Assembly (NCBI RefSeq): GCF_001194135.2
Contig: NC_068982.1
Coordinates: 86,118,629 to 86,182,628 of the forward strand
DNA: 64,000 bases
Reading direction: 5' to 3'
DNA from: Octopus bimaculoides
Taxonomy: Eukaryota
Shown here: positions 12,965 to 25,470 of the stretch, piece by piece
Numbering within the stretch: the stretch's first letter is position 1
Layout of the letters: each line of letters opens with the position of its first letter
Notes under the pieces: model-generated
The model's input: the letters and a program-made list of their open reading frames with translations, nothing else
What the model was told of the DNA's origin: nothing
Database searches by the model: none
Made by a program: the position numbers and the translations under genes

Positions 12965-14161
12965 GGATTAATAAGTATCTGGACTGTTACCATAGTAACG
13001 AAGCTAAAACATGCAGAGGGAAGCTGCTTGGCACCTTGAACTCTGCTGTGATGCGCACTAAGTTTTAACGTTCTGGCTCACTTCTGCTGTTTACACCAGT
13101 ACTTGGAAGGAATGTGTGTAGTATGTGACTGTCTATAACAGAGAAGGTTGAGCAGAGAATTTGTAACAAATTTTGCCAAAACCTTGGCAATACTTGCTTA
13201 GAGGCCTATACAAAGTTGCAGAAAGTGTATGGAGAGGAGTGTGTAAGCCGCACCTAAGTGTATGAGTGGTTCAGAAATTTCCAAGATGGCCAAAGAAATG
13301 TCAATATTGACGAATGTTCTGGGAGACCTGCAAACAGCAGAACTCAGAAAAACATTGCAGATGTGTGTGCAGCTGTGAGTGGAAATAATTGAATCGCCAT
13401 CCTTGAGTCATCAGAGGACGTGCAGATTAATTATGGTATAGTTCAGTCCATTATCACTGAAGATTTGGGTATGAGACGCATGTCTGCCAAGTTTATGTCA
13501 AAACTGCTTTCAGCTGATCAAAAAGGCAATTGGGTTTCAGTTTCAGATTTCTTTGTGCCAAAAACGATGAAAACTTTTTGAAGACAGTCATAACGGGTGA
13601 TGAATCGTGGGTTTTTGTAGTGGAAAACCCCAAACTAGACTGAAGAAAGCACAAGGGGATTTTCATGATGAGTATGCTCAACTTGGTCAGACAGTAAACA
13701 AAGAGTATTACTGTGATATTTTGCAGCATCTGTGGGATGCTATTCTTTGGAAAAGGTCACAATTGCATGCGTTCAGTGAGTGGAAATTGCACCATGACAA
13801 TGCACCTGTCCATTCAGCACAGCTTGTGCAGTAGGTTTTGGCTAGGCACAGCATTCCTCAGGTCTGACAGCCACTGTATTCCCCAGATTACACCCCTTGC
13901 AACTTTTTCCTCTTTCCAAAAATCTAATCCCACTTGAAAGGAAGAAGGTTTCAGGACTTCAGGAAATCAAAGTGAATGTGATGAGGCAGCTGCTGATTAT
14001 CCCAGAAAACGAGTTCCAGGAATGCTTCTATCAATGGAAACAGTGCTGGATTAAGTGTGTGGCTTTTGAAAGGGACTACTTTGAAGGAGATTAAATACAA
14101 AATTGGTATGTGTAGTAATGTTTTTATAGCACCAGTCCGGATACTTATTGATCAGACCTCA
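12965..14161 (+). mobile_element. mariner (DD34D) transposon, near full length, decayed
   Basis: WFRNFQDG HTH region, TGDESW, LHHDNAPVH; 3' TIR AGTCCGGATACTTATTGATCAGACCTCA followed by TA; partial 5' TIR TTAATAAGTATCTGGACT. Confidence 0.88.
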
Positions 14162-14174
14162 TATATATATATAT

Positions 14175-14410
14175 TCTTTTACTTGTTTCAGTCATTTGAC
14201 TGTGGCCATGCTGGAGCACCACTTTAAAGGGTGTTAGTTGAAGCTAACACCCTAATTGACCCCAGGACTTATTCTTTGTAAGCCTAGTACTTATTCTATC
14301 AGTCTCTTTTGCTGAACCGCTAAGTTAAAGGACATAAACACACCAGCATCAGTTGTTAAGCGATGGTGGTGGTGGTGGGGGAGGACAAAGACACATACAC
14401 ACAAATATAT

Positions 14411-14443
<33 letters not shown>

Positions 14444-14607
14444 CATATATATATACAACAGGCTTCTTCCAGTTTCTGTCTACCAAATCCACTCACAAGG
14501 CTTTGGTTGGCCCGAGGCTATAGTAGAAGACACTTGCCCAAGGTGCCACACAATGAGACTAAACCCAGAACCAAGTGGTTAGGAAGCAAGCTTCTTACCA
14601 CACAGCC
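14175..14607 (-). mobile_element. tRNA-derived SINE, full length
   Basis: Reverse complement of the 2575-2983 family. Confidence 0.9.
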
Positions 14608-15820
14608 ATCATCATCATAATCATCATCATTTAGCATCTGCTTTCCATGCTGGCATGGGTTAGATGGTTTGACTGGAACTGGTAAACCGGAGAGCAGTAC
14701 TAGCTTCCAGGCTTATTTGGCTCTTCCTAACACCAGTCACTCCACGAGTGTAGTGGGTGCCTTTTATGTATCACTGGTACTGGCCATGACTATAACTTCA
14801 CTTGGCTCGACAAGCCTTCTCAAACAGCAAATTGCCAAAGATATCAATCACTCATCATTGCTTCCACAAGACCCAATATGCGAAAATTATGCTTCATCAC
14901 CGCGTACTGCATCTTCCTGGGTCTATCTCTTCCACAGTTAAAGATTGGTATTTCTTTACATAGCTGTCCTCATCCATACGCGCCACATGACCATATCAGT
15001 GCAATCTTATCTCTTGCACACTACATCTGATGCTCAATTTTTCTCTCAATTTTTCTCTCAAGACACTTACACTCTGTCATATATGCACACTGACATTGCA
15101 CATCCAGTGAATCATACTAACTTCATTACTTTCAAGCCTTCACATGTCCTCTGCAGTCACATCCCAAGTTTTACTGCTGTGTAACATGGCTGTTTGCATA
15201 CATATATCATACAATCTGCCTTTCACTCTGAGAGAGAGAGGCCCTTTATTACCAACTAAATTTGCCCAGCCTATTCTCATTCTAGCAGCTACACTCATGG
15301 AGCATCCACCTCCACTGCTTACTTGGCCACCCAGATAATGGAAGCTATCAACTACTTCTAAGTATCCCCTGTGTTATTTGACAAAGTTTATTTTCTGCAC
15401 ATTTCTAGAGTTTATTGTACCTATACATCTGCCACATACAAAGACAATTTTCCCTGTTAACTTTCCTCTGATATTGCTGCACCTTTTATGGACAGCCATA
15501 GCTTGCACTGTGTACACCTTACAGAGTTTTTACCTATGCCTTTTCTATATATTAAGCAGAATCATCTCCTCAAGGGATTTGTGATTTGCTTTTGCTGATT
15601 CCAGACCTTGCTTCCACACCTGAAATTTCTTCTCTACTTCTAGTAGTGATTCAGCTATAAGAACAAGGTCATCAACATAGAGGAGCTCCCAAGGGCAGCC
15701 TGACTTAAATTCCTCTGTTATGGCCTGGAGGACTATGATGAACAAGACAGGGTTGAGGACTGATCCTTGGTGAACTCCTACTTGTACACTGAATTGAGTG
15801 CTATAATCATTGCCAACTCT
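14608..15820 (-). mobile_element. RTE-type LINE (PHD family) copy B, 5'-truncated
   Basis: (GAT)n tail at 14608, 3' UTR, PHD end VCGRC, RT VGVHQGSVLNP and WELLYVDDL. Confidence 0.88.
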
Positions 15821-15958
15821 GTCCTTCAGGCCATAACAGAGGAATTTAAGTCAGGCTGCCTTTGGGAGCTCCTTTATGTTGATGACCTTGTTCTTATAGC
15901 TGAATCACTACTAGAACTAGAGAAGAAATTTCAGGTGTGGAAGCAAGGTTTGGAATCA
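15821..15958 (+). repeat. Inverted duplication (foldback) of RT segment 15596-15734 at the 5' end of copy B
   Basis: ~138-bp arms with 5 differences; ~86-bp spacer is contiguous LINE sequence. Confidence 0.9.
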
Positions 15959-16017
15959 TATATATACACATACACACATATAGATATATACATACATACA
16001 TATACACACACACACAT

Positions 16018-16106
<89 letters not shown>

Positions 16107-16138
16107 NNNNNNNNNNNNNNNNNNNNNNNNNNNNNNNN

Positions 16139-16219
<81 letters not shown>

Positions 16220-16229
16220 TAATAATAAT

Positions 16230-18128
16230 GTACTAGCACTTACTTTTATACATTTATACTTCCACACATTATATTATTGTATTAATTTTTACTGTCCTAT
16301 TTATAATTTATTTGATTTTTAAATTAATATTTTTACGATGAATGTTTCTTTATATGATATATTATATATTATGAAACCCGGTGTAATATTATACCGATTT
16401 TTGCCTGTGAGGCTGGAATAAGTTTTTATTCCCTAATATTATTACTATAATACTTTTGATATATTTATAATACGACTATTGTTTTAGGTTTTACCTTCAA
16501 TTTTCGTTTATTATGGAACTTACAGGTAGGATTGAGCCACTAATCTGGGACTCATCATTGAAGGATATCCCCATTCCATCGAAAAGGGAATATACCCTTA
16601 AACTTATTAATAATATAAAGGAGTTTATTAATAGAATAAAATGGATAGCTCACTATAATAATGGTAACATTGCCAACATTAAAGATGTGGAGAATACCAA
16701 TTACATAAGCTCTAAATTTAAAACTAAATGGGAACCCCCATATAATAGGGAAATTCAGACTCTGAAAGACAAAATTTGGAAGGTGGTTAAAAACATTAAG
16801 TTTAAAAAATACCCAATCAGACACAATGAATATTTAAGAAATTTAGGAATTAAAATAAAAGAAATACGTAATGTCGAAGGAATAGTCTTACAATCTGATA
16901 AAACTGGCAACCTGTATAAGTTAGATACAAAATTATATGATAAACTTTTAGAAAAGGAAATAAATAAAAAATATAAAATTGTCCTAGAAAATACCATTTA
17001 TAATATTAATAAAGCCACTAGGTTAATCATGGAAAAATATGAGATAGACAATAAAATGGAACCGTATGTACTGATGAACCCTAGGATAACCTTAAAGGAT
17101 CATAAAGACAATTTCTACTCTGACCCTAAAGTCAGACTAATATGTCCCAGTAAATCGGATTTAGGGAAATTAAGTAAGTTAATTTTAAACAAATATATTA
17201 ATAAACTAAATAATCTAGATTACCTGAAACTCTGGACTAGCACAAATAATACTTTAAAATGGTTTAAAGATATTAAAGACAGTAGTAGTTACAAATTTAT
17301 CCAAATAGACATAGAGGATTATTATTCATTTATTAATGAAATTGTACTTAATAAGGCCTTAATATATGCTATGAATAAGGTGGGAATGACTAAGGATGAA
17401 GTTAAGGTAGTAAAAATGGCTAGAAAATCGTTTATTAGGTATAATAATAAATTGTGGACTAGAAAAGATACCAGAGATTTTTTTGATATCCCTATGGGAG
17501 CACCGGATTCTGCTCAGGTTACAGACCTAGTAGGAATTTATTTATTAGCAGAACTCCAATTAGAACATCTTAAATTGGAGGGTGGATTATACAGAGATGA
17601 CCTCATGCTAATAACAAAAAATAGAACATTAGAAATATATAAGAAGAAAATATATAGTTTCTTTAAAAGAAATGGGCTTAGGATTACAATTTATAACGAA
17701 TATAACAATGTCAACTACTTAGATGTAAATTTTAACTTAATAACAGGTATAACCCATAAAATTAACGAAAACCTGAAATATATTAATGATAAGAGTAACC
17801 ATCCACCTTCTATTAAGAAAGCGTTAGTAAATAATATAGGGAAATGAATTTCAGTACTTTCTTCCAACTATGAGATATTCAATAAACATGCACTGTATTA
17901 TAATGAAGCACTTCATAAGGCGGGATATAATAATAATATAAAATTTTTCAACAATTCTAAATATAATTATAATTTAAAAGATAATTTAAATTATGAATAC
18001 ACCTTCTATTATAATAAACACAGCATTCAGAATCATCTTAAGCCCGAGATAGGTAGTAATATGAACAAAAAACCTCATAGTAATAATAATAATAAGAAAA
18101 TATGGCTAATAATTCCCTATGGGATACA
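16230..18128 (+). mobile_element. Naiad-type Penelope-like element, 5' region plus RT, cut before the GIY-YIG domain by a mariner piece
   Basis: SLKDIPIPSKREY N-terminus, DIEDYYSFI, FDIPMGAPDSAQVTDLVGIYLL, GGLYRDDL, YLDVNF, SNHPPSIKK; follows a (TA)n tract. Confidence 0.85.
16513..17847 (+). CDS. PLE reverse transcriptase ORF (444 aa); frame continues past an in-frame TGA to about 18128
   Basis: Uninterrupted ORF; after TGA (17845-17847) the same frame reads ISVLSSNYEIFNKHALYYNEALHKAGY...KKIWLIIPY, the expected RT-thumb continuation. Confidence 0.8.
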   Translation: MELTGRIEPLIWDSSLKDIPIPSKREYTLKLINNIKEFINRIKWIAHYNNGNIANIKDVENTNYISSKFKTKWEPPYNREIQTLKDKIWKVVKNIKFKKYPIRHNEYLRNLGIKIKEIRNVEGIVLQSDKTGNLYKLDTKLYDKLLEKEINKKYKIVLENTIYNINKATRLIMEKYEIDNKMEPYVLMNPRITLKDHKDNFYSDPKVRLICPSKSDLGKLSKLILNKYINKLNNLDYLKLWTSTNNTLKWFKDIKDSSSYKFIQIDIEDYYSFINEIVLNKALIYAMNKVGMTKDEVKVVKMARKSFIRYNNKLWTRKDTRDFFDIPMGAPDSAQVTDLVGIYLLAELQLEHLKLEGGLYRDDLMLITKNRTLEIYKKKIYSFFKRNGLRITIYNEYNNVNYLDVNFNLITGITHKINENLKYINDKSNHPPSIKKALVNNIGK

Positions 18129-18660
18129 GGTACGGAAGTGGTTTGCTAAGTTGGTGATTGTAGCCTTATTGATGAAGAATGCTCAGGCAGACCAACCCAC
18201 CACCACCACCACTTCAGATGACAACCAAATCAAAACATTGACTGAGAATAGCCCGCGTTACACAATGTAGGAATTGACAGAAACACTAAATTTATCAAAA
18301 TCCACCATCCATAAACACTTAGTGAAGCTTGGAATCTCATATTGCTACGATGTCTGGGTACCACATGATCTGAGTGAAAAGAAGTTTTGGATTGCATTTC
18401 TGGCTGTGATTTGCTGTATAAACGCAATGAAAATGCACCCTTTTTTAAGCAAATTGTAACGGGTGATGAGAAATAGATCGTTTATAAAAATGTTCAGTGA
18501 AAAAGATCCTGGGAGAAGCAACATGAGCCACTTTTAGCCATCCTAAGACAGTCATGCTCTGCATCTGGTGGGATTGGAAAGGAATCTGCCAAGTAACCAG
18601 TTGATTAATGCTAGCAACTAGACAATTTAAAGGCAGCAATTCAAGAAAAACGTCCAGTAT
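18128..18660 (+). mobile_element. mariner transposase internal fragment
   Basis: VRKWFAK, SGRP, LNLSKSTIHKHL and WVPHDL (WVPHEL) motifs. Confidence 0.8.
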
Positions 18661-18669
18661 TGGTAACAG

Positions 18670-18812
18670 CTTTTTTCAGTTTCCATTTCCCAAATTCACT
18701 CAGAAGGCTTTGGTCAGTCCAAGGCCATAATAGAAGTTATTGTCCAAGTGGAGCTAAATCTGAAAACGTGGTTGGGAAGGGAACTTCTCAACTACACAAC
18801 CATGCCTGTGCC
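18670..18812 (-). mobile_element. Degenerate SINE head/body fragment
   Basis: CAGTTTCC..AAATTCACTCAGAAGGCTTTGGTCAG matches the SINE family. Confidence 0.6.
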
Positions 18813-20519
18813 TACACACACATATATGTATACACATATACGTACAGATAAATGCATACACACACGTAAATATATAAATATATATAAACACACACGTACA
18901 TATAATCAATAGAAGAATGTCAGATGGACTTATCTGTAATTCAAAGGTCCAATGTATCATTCTGCTTTCACTCACAAATTGTGGTAAGTGTACATGTGTC
19001 AGTGGATTACTTGACCATTTTGTATGTTAATTCAATTGATTGAACAGCTAAATGCTCATATGTCAAAATCACATCACCAGGAGAGCTTGTCATATATTAG
19101 AGTGTGTGTGTGTGTTTTCAATAAATTATATTGGTGCTAATCTACTTAATATAAAAGCATTTCAGTTGGTTTCAATGATAAATATTCCAGTTGTTCAATC
19201 AACTGAATTGCTTACTCATTAAATTACAGAATAACTGGCTGTGTATTTTCCAGATAATATAATTCTCAGGTGAAATGAGTGACAAAGCTGACCCTTTGAA
19301 TTACAGCTAGAGCCCATCCAACAAGTTAAGCTTTCGTAGTTTCTGTTTACAAAGTTTCACACATGTAAAATATATTTATCATCATGTCATCTCATACTTT
19401 TTATCAAGTTATGGTGTTTGCCTGTTTTCTTGCCAGTAGTTCAATTTTAGACCCACATTTTGTTAAATTAGCAATAGTTTCAATAACACCTTAATTTAAA
19501 GTAACTTTGATAGGTGGAACAATAATTTTTCTAAGATCCTAAAATTGAAACAGCTTTTGGTCTGGACCATCTGCAGACCTAAACCCAGAAAATTTATGAC
19601 TGATCATCAATAAAACTTTGATAGTTGTTGACATGTAAAACATAAATATCAATTAAAGTCTGAATATGAAACTTTTCAAAAGCTCACCTCAATTCCCTTT
19701 CTTTTAAATATGAATCAAGTGAAAAACATTGCTTCCTGAAATTATACATCTCTTAATCATTTAACATTCCATTAACAAAGGTAATAACAGAGACTAGTAA
19801 TATGCTTAAAATATGTTCATAAAGACTCTCCTTGATTTGGACTTTGATCACTTGCAAGAAAAGATTAATAAAACTAGGACATTACTGATAAGAAAGCAAT
19901 TCAAGCTGTTATAAGACATTGTTTCAATGTTGTTAGCAATACCATAGTAAGATTCAATTTGTAACAACAGTAAAGATAATTTATTTTACTAAAATCTGGA
20001 GAGAGCTACTGTGTTTGATTGGGTCTTCATATGCCAAAAGATAAATGTACCTTGACAGTAATTTTAACACCTGAATTACATCCAAAAAATTTCACTTTGC
20101 CATTAAAATAAATGCTTCATTCCTGAATTCAAAATCAATAACTCATAAGACTATAAGATAAAAGAAAAAAGACTAAAAAAAACAAAATAATTTGAAATGC
20201 TTTATTTTATCTTCTTTCTTTCTTCATAAATCACTATCATAACCAGTGCACTGATAATGGTAGTCAACTATCAGCTCTTGGAGAATGACAGGTACAATTT
20301 CCAAATAACTATTTTAGAATCTGAACTAAATGAACACTAGCATACCCATGTCACCAACAATGCTGACAATTTTATTAATGATAAAAAGTGGCACATCAAT
20401 ACAATAGGAGAAACCATTGCTTCATGTCAGCAATTCAGTAAATAAATGTACATACACACAACTGAAGCACTTGAAAGATCAGATACAATCATATCTGATT
20501 CTTCAAGTTCCCATAGTGT

Positions 20520-20592
20520 GTGTGGGTGTAAGAAGCTTGCTTCCAAACCACATGGTTCTGGGTTCAGTCCCAGAAACTGAAAGAAGCCCATA

Positions 20593-20630
<38 letters not shown>
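20520..20630 (+). mobile_element. SINE head with internal deletion
   Basis: AAGCTTGCTTCCAAACCACATGGTTCTGGGTTCAGTCCC joined to AGAAACTGAAAGAAGCCC, then (TA)n. Confidence 0.7.
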
Positions 20631-20831
20631 NNNNNNNNNNNNNNNNNNNNNNNNNNNNNNNNNNNNNNNNNNNNNNNNNNNNNNNNNNNNNNNNNNNNNN
20701 NNNNNNNNNNNNNNNNNNNNNNNNNNNNNNNNNNNNNNNNNNNNNNNNNNNNNNNNNNNNNNNNNNNNNNNNNNNNNNNNNNNNNNNNNNNNNNNNNNNN
20801 NNNNNNNNNNNNNNNNNNNNNNNNNNNNNNN

Positions 20832-21103
20832 AGTTACGGAGACGTAAACACACCGGCATTGGTTGTCAAGCGATGTAGGGGGGACAAACACAGACACACA
20901 AACATATACACACATACATATATATATATATATACATATATTCGACGGGCTTCTTTCAGTTTCCGTCTACCAAATCCACTCACAAGGCTTTGGTCAGCCC
21001 GGGGCTATAGTAGAAGACACTTGCCCAAGGTGCCACGCAGTGGGACTGAACCCAGAACCATGTGGTTAGTAAGCAAGCTACTTACCACACAGCCACTCCT
21101 ATG
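20832..21103 (-). mobile_element. SINE, head to mid-tail (rest in gap)
   Basis: Family match including the A and B boxes. Confidence 0.88.
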
Positions 21104-21145
<42 letters not shown>

Positions 21146-21149
21146 CGTT

Positions 21150-21370
21150 TGTGTGTGTGTGTGTCTTTGTGCTTATGTTTAACACTCCACCATCGCTTGA
21201 CAACCAATGTTGGTGTGTTTATATCCCCATAGCTCAGCAGTTTGGCAAAAGAGACCAATAGAATAAGTATTAGGCTTACAAAGAACAAGTCCAGGAACGA
21301 CTTTGACTAAAAAACCCTTTAGAGTGGTGCTCCACTATAGCCACAGTCAAATTACTAAAACAAGTAAAAA
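21150..21370 (+). mobile_element. SINE tail half
   Basis: CATCGCTTGACAACC...AAACAAGTAAAA. Confidence 0.8.
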
Positions 21371-21417
21371 AAAAACATATATACATATATATATATATAT
21401 ATATACATACATACGTA

Positions 21418-23160
21418 CATTTCTCGTTCGCGGGTGATTTCTACCAGCAGTTCTTGGGAGTGGCCATGGGAATGAGAATGGGCAACAACTATGCGAACCT
21501 GTTCGTTGGCTATGTTGAGGCACAAATATTCTCAAGTTTCACTGGTCCTACTCCCGAACTATATGGCCGTTATATTGATGACTGCATCAGTGCCACCTCA
21601 CTCTCCTGCGAACATCTTGATTCGTTCCTCTCTTTTGTCAAATCCTTCCATCCTGCCCTCCACTTCTCCTGCACTATCTCTGACACCTCTGTCGCCTTTC
21701 TTGACATTTCGGTCAGCATTCATCACTCCACTCTTACCACCTCCATCCACTACAAACACACAGACTCACACTCTTATCTTAACTTCTCCCCCTCCCACCC
21801 TAAACACACCAAGCTTTCTATCCCTTATTCCCAATTCTTCCGTCTACGCAAGCTCTGTAGTGACAACCATGACTTTGAGACTCAGTCACAACTCATGGCT
21901 CACCACTTCATCCTACGTGGATATCCCTCATCACCATCCACACTGCCCTTGCCAGAGCACGTTCCATGGGCCGTGCATCTGCTCTCTCCCCCTGAACCTG
22001 CTCTACTGTCTCCCGCCTCTCTTTTCCCCTCACCTACCATCCCACCACCCTACCTCTCCAACGCACCATTCTCCGACCCCTCCACCTCACACATCTTCCC
22101 TAACCGACCCCTCCCCTCCTTCAAATGAGCCCACAACCTACGAGACCTCTTGGTCCACAGCTTCTTCCCCAAACCAACCTCTCAATCTGGCTCATTCCCT
22201 TGTNNNNNNNNNNNNNNNNNNNNNNNNNNNNNNNNNNNNNNNNNNNNNNNNNNNNNNNNNNNNNNNNNNNNNNNNNNNNNNNNNNNNNNNNNNNNNNNNN
22301 NNNNNNNNNNNNNNNNNNNNNNNNNNNNNNNNNNNNNNNNNNNNNNNNNNNNNNNNNNNNNNNNNNNNNNNNNNNNNNNNNNNNNNNNNNNNNNNNNNNN
22401 NNNNNNNNNNNNNNNNNNNNNNNNNNNNNNNNNNNNNNNNNNNNNNNNNNNNNNNNNNNNNNNNNNNNNNNNNNNNNNNNNNNNNNNNNNNNNNNNNNNN
22501 NNNNNNNNNNNNNNNNNNNNNNNNNNNNNNNNNNNNNNNNNNNNNNNNNNNNNNNNNNNNNNNNNNNNNNNNNNNNNNNNNNNNNNNNNNNNNNNNNNNN
22601 NNNNNNNNNNNNNNNNNNNNNNNNNNNNNNNNNNNNNNNNNNNNNNNNNNNNNNNNNNNNNNNNNNNNNNNNNNNNNNNNNNNNNNNNNNNNNNNNNNNN
22701 NNNNNNNNNNNNNNNNNNNNNNNNNNNNNNNNNNNNNNNNNNNNNNNNNNNNNNNNNNNNNNNNNNNNNNNNNNNNNNNNNNNNNNNNNNNNNNNNNNNN
22801 NNNNNNNNNNNNNNNNNNNNNNNNNNNNNNNNNNNNNNNNNNNNNNNNNNNNNNNNNNNNNNNNNNNNNNNNNNNNNNNCACCATATCACACAACACACC
22901 ACCACGCACACACAAGCACTAACCAATTCCCATCCCCACATTTTCACACCTTCACACCTACATACACACATGCATACATTAAGATCACCAGCATTCTCTC
23001 ACACACACGCACCTTTTTGTCTTGGGTTCACCACTTCTTTGTTATCTCCCCTTTTTCTTAGCTCTCCTGTGTGATTCTTCTGTCCGGCATTTGCCATGAT
23101 AGATCGCTGACCACTACATTTATTTTTTTCTCTCCTTGTTTCTTTCTGTGTTCCTTTCTG
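21418..23160 (+). mobile_element. Neptune/Poseidon-type PLE, 5'-truncated (RT C-terminal half; GIY-YIG presumably in the gap; pseudo-LTR part after the gap)
   Basis: YQQFLGVAMG, GRYIDD, FLDISV, YKHTDSHSYL, SHPKHTKLSIPYSQF, LRGYP, NLRDLLV..FPC; starts immediately after (TA)n(CATA)n. Confidence 0.85.
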
Positions 23161-23199
23161 CCTTTTTTATATGCTGCCTTCTCAGTTTTTTTGACGTTT

Positions 23200-23720
23200 C
23201 TTCTATTATTCAGTTTTTTTTTAGTTCATTATGATATGTGGTTTGTGCCTAAAGAATATGAACTTTTTAAGGTTAGTCTCCAAAAGTTAGTACTATCTGC
23301 TTCTGTTCAGGTATGGCCCAGGCTGTTGGAGCACTTAGAAGATGATTTTGTGCAGCATTCCTTCCTTTTTCAATTATTATATATATAGTTGGTTAATATT
23401 GTAACATTGAGCCTCATCTGGATCCAAAAAGAGGGCCTGTGATTATGTAGCCTGGCCTTAAAGAAGTCCTTCATTGCCCCAACATATTTCTCTGTGTGTG
23501 TGAGTGTACCCCCTCTATTGTTGTTGCTGTTGCTGTTACTGTTGTAGGACAACACTACCTCTGCTTTGTAGACCATAGCCTGTGTTGCAGTGACCATTCA
23601 CTGAGCACTCACTTGTAATCTTACATGGCTATCCAGCTTCTGCTTCCAGCTGGCATGTCTGAAGAGTTGTCAGTATTGCTAAGTGCAATAGAAGACATGA
23701 AACTAATGGTAACATTGTGA
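23200..23720 (-). mobile_element. Decayed Naiad-type GIY-YIG endonuclease fragment
   Basis: CKITSECSVNGHC, MVYKAEV, KYVGAMKDFFKARLHNHRPSF, VTILTNYI; several stops downstream. Confidence 0.65.
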
Positions 23721-23994
23721 TCAGCTATATGTCATAACCAGAAAGATACTATTCAACAATATAAAAGAATATACACATATATATCATAAACATTTCAATG
23801 TTCAGTTTTCCATGCTCACATTGAAGCAGATTTTCTATGGTCAGGTGCCCCTTCCTGTCACCAACCCATACCAATTTCCAAGCAAAGTAATATTCCCCCA
23901 TCGTTAGACATGTTTTCAAGGAAGATTGGAAGCAAAGGAAGCTGCTTAAATGACAGTGACACTCGTTTACAACTATCATATGATGTCAGGACAA

Positions 23995-24170
23995 GCAGAC
24001 TCTAGCCATGCTAGGGCACCACCCTAAAGAATTTTAGTCACACAAATTGACCCTAGTACTTATTGTATTGGTCTATTTTGCTGAACTGTTAAGTTACAGA
24101 GACATATACACACCAACACCAGTTGTCAAGTATTAGTGGAGTACGAACACAGATCCACACACACATACAT
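23995..24170 (-). mobile_element. Degenerate SINE tail
   Basis: GCCATGCTAGGGCACCACC..GCTGAACTGTTAAGTTAC..CCAGTTGTCAAG. Confidence 0.65.
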
Positions 24171-24199
24171 GTCCAGGTAGCGATAATACCTTATGTTTT

Positions 24200-25470
24200 C
24201 TGCAGCAGTATCTTTAAGGATGGACTGGTACACCGGTTCTCACCTGACTCTCACTTTTGCCAGCAGGCTAAATTTAGTGAGAGGAGATGGGCACTGCCAA
24301 GCATTTCTGAAGTCCACTGAAATGCCATAAACACACAAACAAGACTTAACATGCCAGATTGGTCGTGGCCCAGAAAACCAACAACCACATTCTCCACTGC
24401 CAGTTTCCAGGGTGGAAGCGAACAATGTGCAACTCAGATGACGACAACAACAACAGTGACAATGACATCTACACTGACTACTTTCAACTTTCCCAAGACA
24501 ATACTGTCTTTGGAACATGGAATGTCCATACTCTGCATACTTGTGGAAGGATGAAGAAACTTATGAATTTAGCAGGTGCACCTGAAATATCCAAGGGCTG
24601 GCTGAAATCCGATGAACTGGATTTGATGAGACAACAACAGATGAAGGCTACAAACGGTGGTACAGCAGAGATGACACCAAGTATGAACATGGAGGGGGAT
24701 TCACTGTTAACAAAGCCTGAGTAAGTTCAGTCATCAGCTGCACATCAGTATCCAGCAGGCTCTTACTATACATGTGGCTGGAAGACCACAGAATATTAGT
24801 AACATACAAGTCTGTGCACCAACACTTGAACATGATAATAATGTCCTTGAGGAATTCTATGAGGACCTGGAGAAAATGACCATGGCAGCTCCTAAAAATG
24901 AAGTCCTCATTGTTCTAGGAGACTGGAATGCCAAAGTAGGTCTGGATGCATATGACCAATGAGTTGAAACAGTGGGACAATTCAGGATCAGAGAAACCAA
25001 TGATCATGGACTGTGACTCCAGCAAGCACAAGCTGACACTAGCCATCACACACTTCCCACACAAGACCTTGTGCAGAACAATATGGCATGCACCCAACAG
25101 TAGGAATCACAACAAAATTGACTTCATCCTCACATTTCAAAAACTCAAATCCAGCATCAGCAAGGTTAGAACTAGGGCTTTCCCTGGTGCTGATGTCAAC
25201 AATAATCATAATTTGGTCATGATGACAATGAGGTTCAAACTGAAAAGGATCCACAAGAAAAAAGCAACATGTATTAGGTTTGATGTAGATAAATTGAAAG
25301 ATCCTAGGGGCACATCAGAATTTGAGGTGAAAGTGGATGGCAAGTCTGAAGCCCTTAACCTTCAGGAAAATAATATAAACTCCTTGACTAACAACATCAA
25401 GGAAGCACTTCAGGAAATGGCCCTGGAAGTGCTAGGGAGAAAAGGAATGAAAAGAAACCATAGAAAAATC
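24200..25470 (+). mobile_element. RTE (BovB-like) LINE 5' part: APE endonuclease
   Basis: GTWNVHTL, VCAPT..EEFYEDL, VLGDWNAKVG, HNKIDFIL, AFPGADV, RFDVDKLKDP. Confidence 0.82.

Noticed and set aside
16378-16432. Hairpins and CTG-TGA in the 5' region of the Naiad RT copy (possible hammerhead)
   Set aside because: The core lacks A6 and no GAAA follows the GGAATAA/TTATTCC stem; at best a deleted remnant.
19415-19540. Minus-strand peptide loosely resembling a SURP domain
   Set aside because: In-frame stops and weak similarity.
23071-23388. Plus-strand ORF with an acceptor-like site (VWPRLLEHLEDD)
   Set aside because: Antisense of a decayed Naiad GIY-YIG plus low-complexity pseudo-LTR sequence.
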